Shown piece after piece: positions 61,401 to 64,000 of a DNA stretch of 64,000 nucleotides. This DNA comes from Planctomycetota bacterium (GTDB lineage Bacteria; Planctomycetota; B15-G4). The notes below the pieces were generated by a model that saw nothing but the letters and a program-made list of their open reading frames with translations, was not told where the DNA came from and ran no database searches. Each line of letters opens with the position of its first letter. Position 1 is the stretch's first letter. The stretch spans positions 160,001 through 224,000 of the forward strand of contig JBBQUR010000005.1 in the NCBI GenBank assembly GCA_038212275.1, read 5' to 3'. A program made the translations under genes and the position numbers.

Positions 61401-61840
61401 TGCGGTTCATCGCCGATCGCGATCGTGTGCGTGACGACGTGGTTGAGCGTGTCCACGACGGAGATGCTGTCGGAGAGCAGGTTGGCGACGAAGAGCGTGT
61501 GCGGCCGGCCGGGGTGCAGCGTCATCGACACCGGCTCGAGGCCGGTGAACACGGCGCCGGTGTTGCGCAACTGCGGCACGCCGTCGCGGCCGATGTTCGT
61601 GTCCCAGATTTCCACGCGGTGGTCGGGCGTGTTCAGCACGAAGAGCTGGCTGCCGTCGGGCGAGAGCCGCAGCGCGTGCACCGCGCCCGACTCGAAGTTG
61701 GGGAAGGGCGCAGTGGCCATCGACTCCACGGCGCCGTCCTGCGCGGTGGCCGCCGGGAGCAGGCTGAGCGTGGCGGCGAGGGCAAGCGCCAGGGAGGTCA
61801 ACGGGAGCCGCAGCGACGGGCCGGCGGGGCGATGGATCAT
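58436..61840 (-). CDS. secreted YVTN/YncE beta-propeller fused to a di-heme cytochrome c peroxidase-like domain, TSP3-like Ca repeats and FN3/Ig-like domains
   Basis: Signal peptide; [14 protein letters not shown] and GLEPVS propeller motifs; two CxxCH (CASCH, CIDCH); TQSLRGL and [17 protein letters not shown]...DTDRDG; GGAG SD. Confidence 0.85.
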   Translation of the reverse strand: MIHRPAGPSLRLPLTSLALALAATLSLLPAATAQDGAVESMATAPFPNFESGAVHALRLSPDGSQLFVLNTPDHRVEIWDTNIGRDGVPQLRNTGAVFTGLEPVSMTLHPGRPHTLFVANLLSDSISVVDTLNHVVTHTIAIGDEPQDVLVIGDRLFVATARSAQADSFTEPGSFVENAVVIASASPPYAVLQRVAVPGHKPRALAEADGAVWVIPQNSGNHTTVLDVSQTATLGLSQLTLDAFDLPFATNAVLTLPQLSTLAWLNQNFGVFGWAIPQTSRIVFDSEYPGFVPQLADRDVIGIDPATGALLPALSTDAGSTLLALERNPVTGALWVAAQLAHNRTRFEPVLSGAAFDNAISIMAPGGALLQRIVLAPPTTTAQHAQPVAIAFSTGASGARAFVACLGDDTLLVLDAATGQLLQEVSVGSLPTGLAVDDEHALLYVFTRGDKRLVAFDLGATLTPVGRPRALAVDPEPQGVAVGRRHLYDASAVTGAGTGNFSCASCHVFGHMDQLAWDLGNPQGALGYFYDDAMTGTLGFDSAKLALKTSIMTHPLKGPMTTQSLRGLDSGGAVPLHWRGDRRFLQLFRGAFEGLLGGSGISAGDMQEFSSFVRSLTWPPNPHEPKDRVYTGIAATGRDLFGMNPLVPGKEYNNAIPGNVTCIDCHKGNFTDGTDFTGSQATVNFDGEGQLFNTAQLRGTYEKEFPTLTGFGTLHDGALNGLDEFLDFVPPNGAPAFPLLTAADRDAIATFVRGWDTGLSPLVGQQFSADASDYSGLYDWLDLAEGQAELSPPAVELIGKTQLLLPGGARVPVGLRFGFDPLSQEFRYQTDTGRWIPRGPIVGAITTGKMLATFTCVPPGMAVRLGIDRDEDGIPDGIERGTGTSPDSADTDRDGFADSVELLAGGNPLVGNATLPGDTTAPQFLTASALDVFTDTATLHAACDEPAMLLVELGLAAGNYTLPAVADVALRSEHDVILTDLPARTLLFWRVTATDRSGNAGIAEGSFTTEPPLYHVADITLQTSGSGPFTVTGTITVVDHAGLPVNDAPVRALWAGDLGGADFFPTQRTNAAGVATFTLGPYTPAAPTMLTLSPAYIGSTATADAFFIGFGGDTPDFFYNQSANAKNAATLTLP

Positions 61841-61900
61841 GGCGGCACTCCAGTGGCTTGGCTGCGTCACGCGCAGGCAGCGTGGGCGGGGTCGCGGGCG

Positions 61901-61981
61901 CGTGTGGCCCGTGTGGTGCGTGTGGTGCGTGTGGCCCGTGTGGCCCGTGTGGCTCGTGTGGCTCGTGTGGCTCGTGTGGCG
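61901..61981. repeat. 9-bp tandem repeat CGTGTGGNN x9
   Basis: cgtgtggcc, cgtgtggtg x2, cgtgtggcc x2, cgtgtggct x3, cgtgtggcg. Confidence 0.92.
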
Positions 61982-62026
61982 GGGCATTCTAACGCCCGCG
62001 GGTCGATGGGTCGTCAGGGCGCGGAC

Positions 62027-64000
62027 TCAGCTTGCTGCGGGCAGGATCCATTCCGCACAGAGGACGACCGTGTTGTACAGGGCGTGCGCCAGCATCGGCG
62101 CGAGCAGCATGCCCGTGGCGTCGTAGGCCAGCGCGGCGGCGATGCCGAGGCCGAGCACCGGCAGGAAGGAGACCGGCCCGTGGCACATGGCGAACAGCCC
62201 CGCGCTGCCGAGCACGGCCGGCCAGCGCCCGAGGGTTCGCCGCAGGCCGCCGAAGATGAGCCCGCGGAAAATGAACTCCTCGAACACGGGCGCAGCCAGG
62301 ATGGCCAGCGGCGTGATCCACCCGGCCATGTCGACGAAGGCGACGGCATGCTGCTGCAGCAGCTCCTGCAGCGCGGGAATGCGCTGCGCGACGGCGAGGT
62401 AGCCGACGCCGCACACCGCGGCACCCGCGCCGGCCAGCAGCCCGATGCCGGCCGCGCGCGCCTTGCGCGGCCCGAAGTACGCCGGCACGCCGAGCGACTT
62501 CAGCTTCGCGAAGGCGATGATCATCGCGAAGTACGTGACCGCGCCGGAGACGGCGAAGGCGATGAAGATGGCCGGGCCGATCGCGACGCGGTCGGTGCTC
62601 ATGACGGCCAGCATCACGACGCCCTGCAGCACGAAGAAGAGCAGCGCCGCCACCAGGCCGTCGGCCAGCGACACGTGCGCGGGCGGCTTCGCGGTGGGGT
62701 CGAGCAGGTAGGGGAGTCGGTCGCGGACCTTCTGCCAGAGCGCGAAGGCCAGCGACGCGCAGAGCAGCATGAGCGTGAGCCGCTGCCAGAGCGAGGCCGA
62801 GTAGATCGCGTACGTGTACAGCGACGCCAGCAGCATGAAGAGGTATGCCGAGCTGCCGCGCACGCGTCGCTGCACCTCCTGCGAGAGCGGGTCGCTGCCG
62901 AGGACGCCGATGCACACCGCCAGCGTGGCGTAGACCGGCACGCCAAGCAGCACGACCGCCAGCAGCGACGCCGTCTCGCCGGTGAGCCCGCCGCGCAGGA
63001 AGAAGGCGAACATCGCCAGCGGGTAGATGAGCGTGATGAGGCCCCACAGGCGCGCCTTCTGGCGCAGCAGCACGTCGAGCGGGACGGGGACGGTGTACAG
63101 GATCCAGAGCGCGTGGCCCTCGGAGTTGAGCGTCTGGAAGGCCGAGAACATGAGCACGTAGGCCGCGAGTCCGAAGGCCATGGCGGCGAGGTGCGCCGGC
63201 TCCTCGCCGAGCGTGTCGAGCAACCGCGCATTGAAGAAGAACTGCGCGCCGATGATCACGACGGGCAGCACGAGCGTCTGCACGAGGAAGTTGCGATCGC
63301 GCAGCAGCAGCTTGATCTCGCGAGCCTGAATGGCCGTGAGCCAGCGGCGTGCGCCGGTCCGAGCGACGGGCCTCGGGGCGCTGCGCGCCGACTCGCGGCC
63401 GCCGTGGGCGACGATGCCCCGCGAGAGCAGGTGCTCGACGCCGAGCATGATGAGGGTCACGACGACGCCGACCTGCGCGAGCAGCAGTCCGCCGGGCAGC
63501 AGCGCGGCGCGTGCGTCGCGCGCGGCGAGCACGTCGATGATCAGGCCCGTGGGCAACCAGTGGACGGCGGCGGGAAGCGAACGCGCCCAGCGAAGCACGA
63601 AGGAGTCGGGCGAGATGCTCGCCGACAGCGCCAGGTAGAACATGGCCAGTCCGACGATGGCGAGCACCGCCTGCAGGTTGCGCAGGCCTCCGGGCTGCAG
63701 CCGCACGCGGACGCCGGTGTCCACCGCGAGTCGCAGGGCGCCGAGCAGCAGCAGCAGCGGCAGCGCGAGCGCCAGCCCGATGAGCGGCGCCACCCAGCCG
63801 GCACCGCGCTGCCAGGCGAGTACGGCGAGAAACGGCACCATGAAAAGCACGGCCGACGGATTGATGAAGGTGCGCTCGAGCAGCCGCACGCCGAGCAGCG
63901 TGCGCCGCGGAATCGGCAGCGTGACCAGCCACTCCATGTCCCACTCGGCCGCGGCCAGCTCCTTGGCGCCGAGGCTCATGGCCAGCGACGCCACCGCGAT
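62027..64000 (-). CDS. ABC-permease-like membrane protein fused to a CPBP (CAAX/Abi) intramembrane glutamic protease (5' partial)
   Basis: Frame is open from the window end; many TMs; C-terminal EEFIFRG, FAMCH and HALYN CPBP motifs. Confidence 0.85.
   Translation of the reverse strand: MAVASLAMSLGAKELAAAEWDMEWLVTLPIPRRTLLGVRLLERTFINPSAVLFMVPFLAVLAWQRGAGWVAPLIGLALALPLLLLLGALRLAVDTGVRVRLQPGGLRNLQAVLAIVGLAMFYLALSASISPDSFVLRWARSLPAAVHWLPTGLIIDVLAARDARAALLPGGLLLAQVGVVVTLIMLGVEHLLSRGIVAHGGRESARSAPRPVARTGARRWLTAIQAREIKLLLRDRNFLVQTLVLPVVIIGAQFFFNARLLDTLGEEPAHLAAMAFGLAAYVLMFSAFQTLNSEGHALWILYTVPVPLDVLLRQKARLWGLITLIYPLAMFAFFLRGGLTGETASLLAVVLLGVPVYATLAVCIGVLGSDPLSQEVQRRVRGSSAYLFMLLASLYTYAIYSASLWQRLTLMLLCASLAFALWQKVRDRLPYLLDPTAKPPAHVSLADGLVAALLFFVLQGVVMLAVMSTDRVAIGPAIFIAFAVSGAVTYFAMIIAFAKLKSLGVPAYFGPRKARAAGIGLLAGAGAAVCGVGYLAVAQRIPALQELLQQHAVAFVDMAGWITPLAILAAPVFEEFIFRGLIFGGLRRTLGRWPAVLGSAGLFAMCHGPVSFLPVLGLGIAAALAYDATGMLLAPMLAHALYNTVVLCAEWILPAAS

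Overview
High-GC (about 70% by eye) bacterial chromosomal DNA, densely coding, with about 48 supportable CDSs and one pseudogene. The gene content (FG-GAP and beta-propeller exoproteins, DUF1579, DUF2911) suggests a Planctomycetota-like organism, but this is inference only. Housekeeping and metabolic genes include transaldolase, HrpB, GlgA, membrane pyrophosphatase HppA, RsfS, a CysQ-like phosphatase, an OPT transporter, a class II photolyase, HtrA and RmuC. A surface-glycosylation region (18.3-33.8 kb) carries a flippase, three GT4 enzymes, a GT-C-like protein, an O-antigen-ligase-like protein and an ABC module. A AAA+ ATPase and a VWA gene flank an opposite-strand segment that holds an integrin-like exoprotein and a wrecked type I hsdR. 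No rRNA, tRNA, CRISPR array or transposase was found. Main candidates for something new: (1) a ~430-nt heavily base-paired intergenic element at 46107-46534, made of a 206-nt rod whose G-U pattern favours the minus strand plus a multi-hairpin domain; (2) a ~120-aa C-terminal domain shared by two different propeller exoproteins (W-x-[DN]-LG...PFKGG...Q-x-AI-x-DAAAVKG-x-ALSNAL-xx-DVP*), a candidate protein-sorting or anchoring module; (3) TANNNT boxes 6-11 nt before start codons that lack an SD, suggesting widespread leaderless expression; (4) short tandem repeats that repeatedly begin at stop codons.
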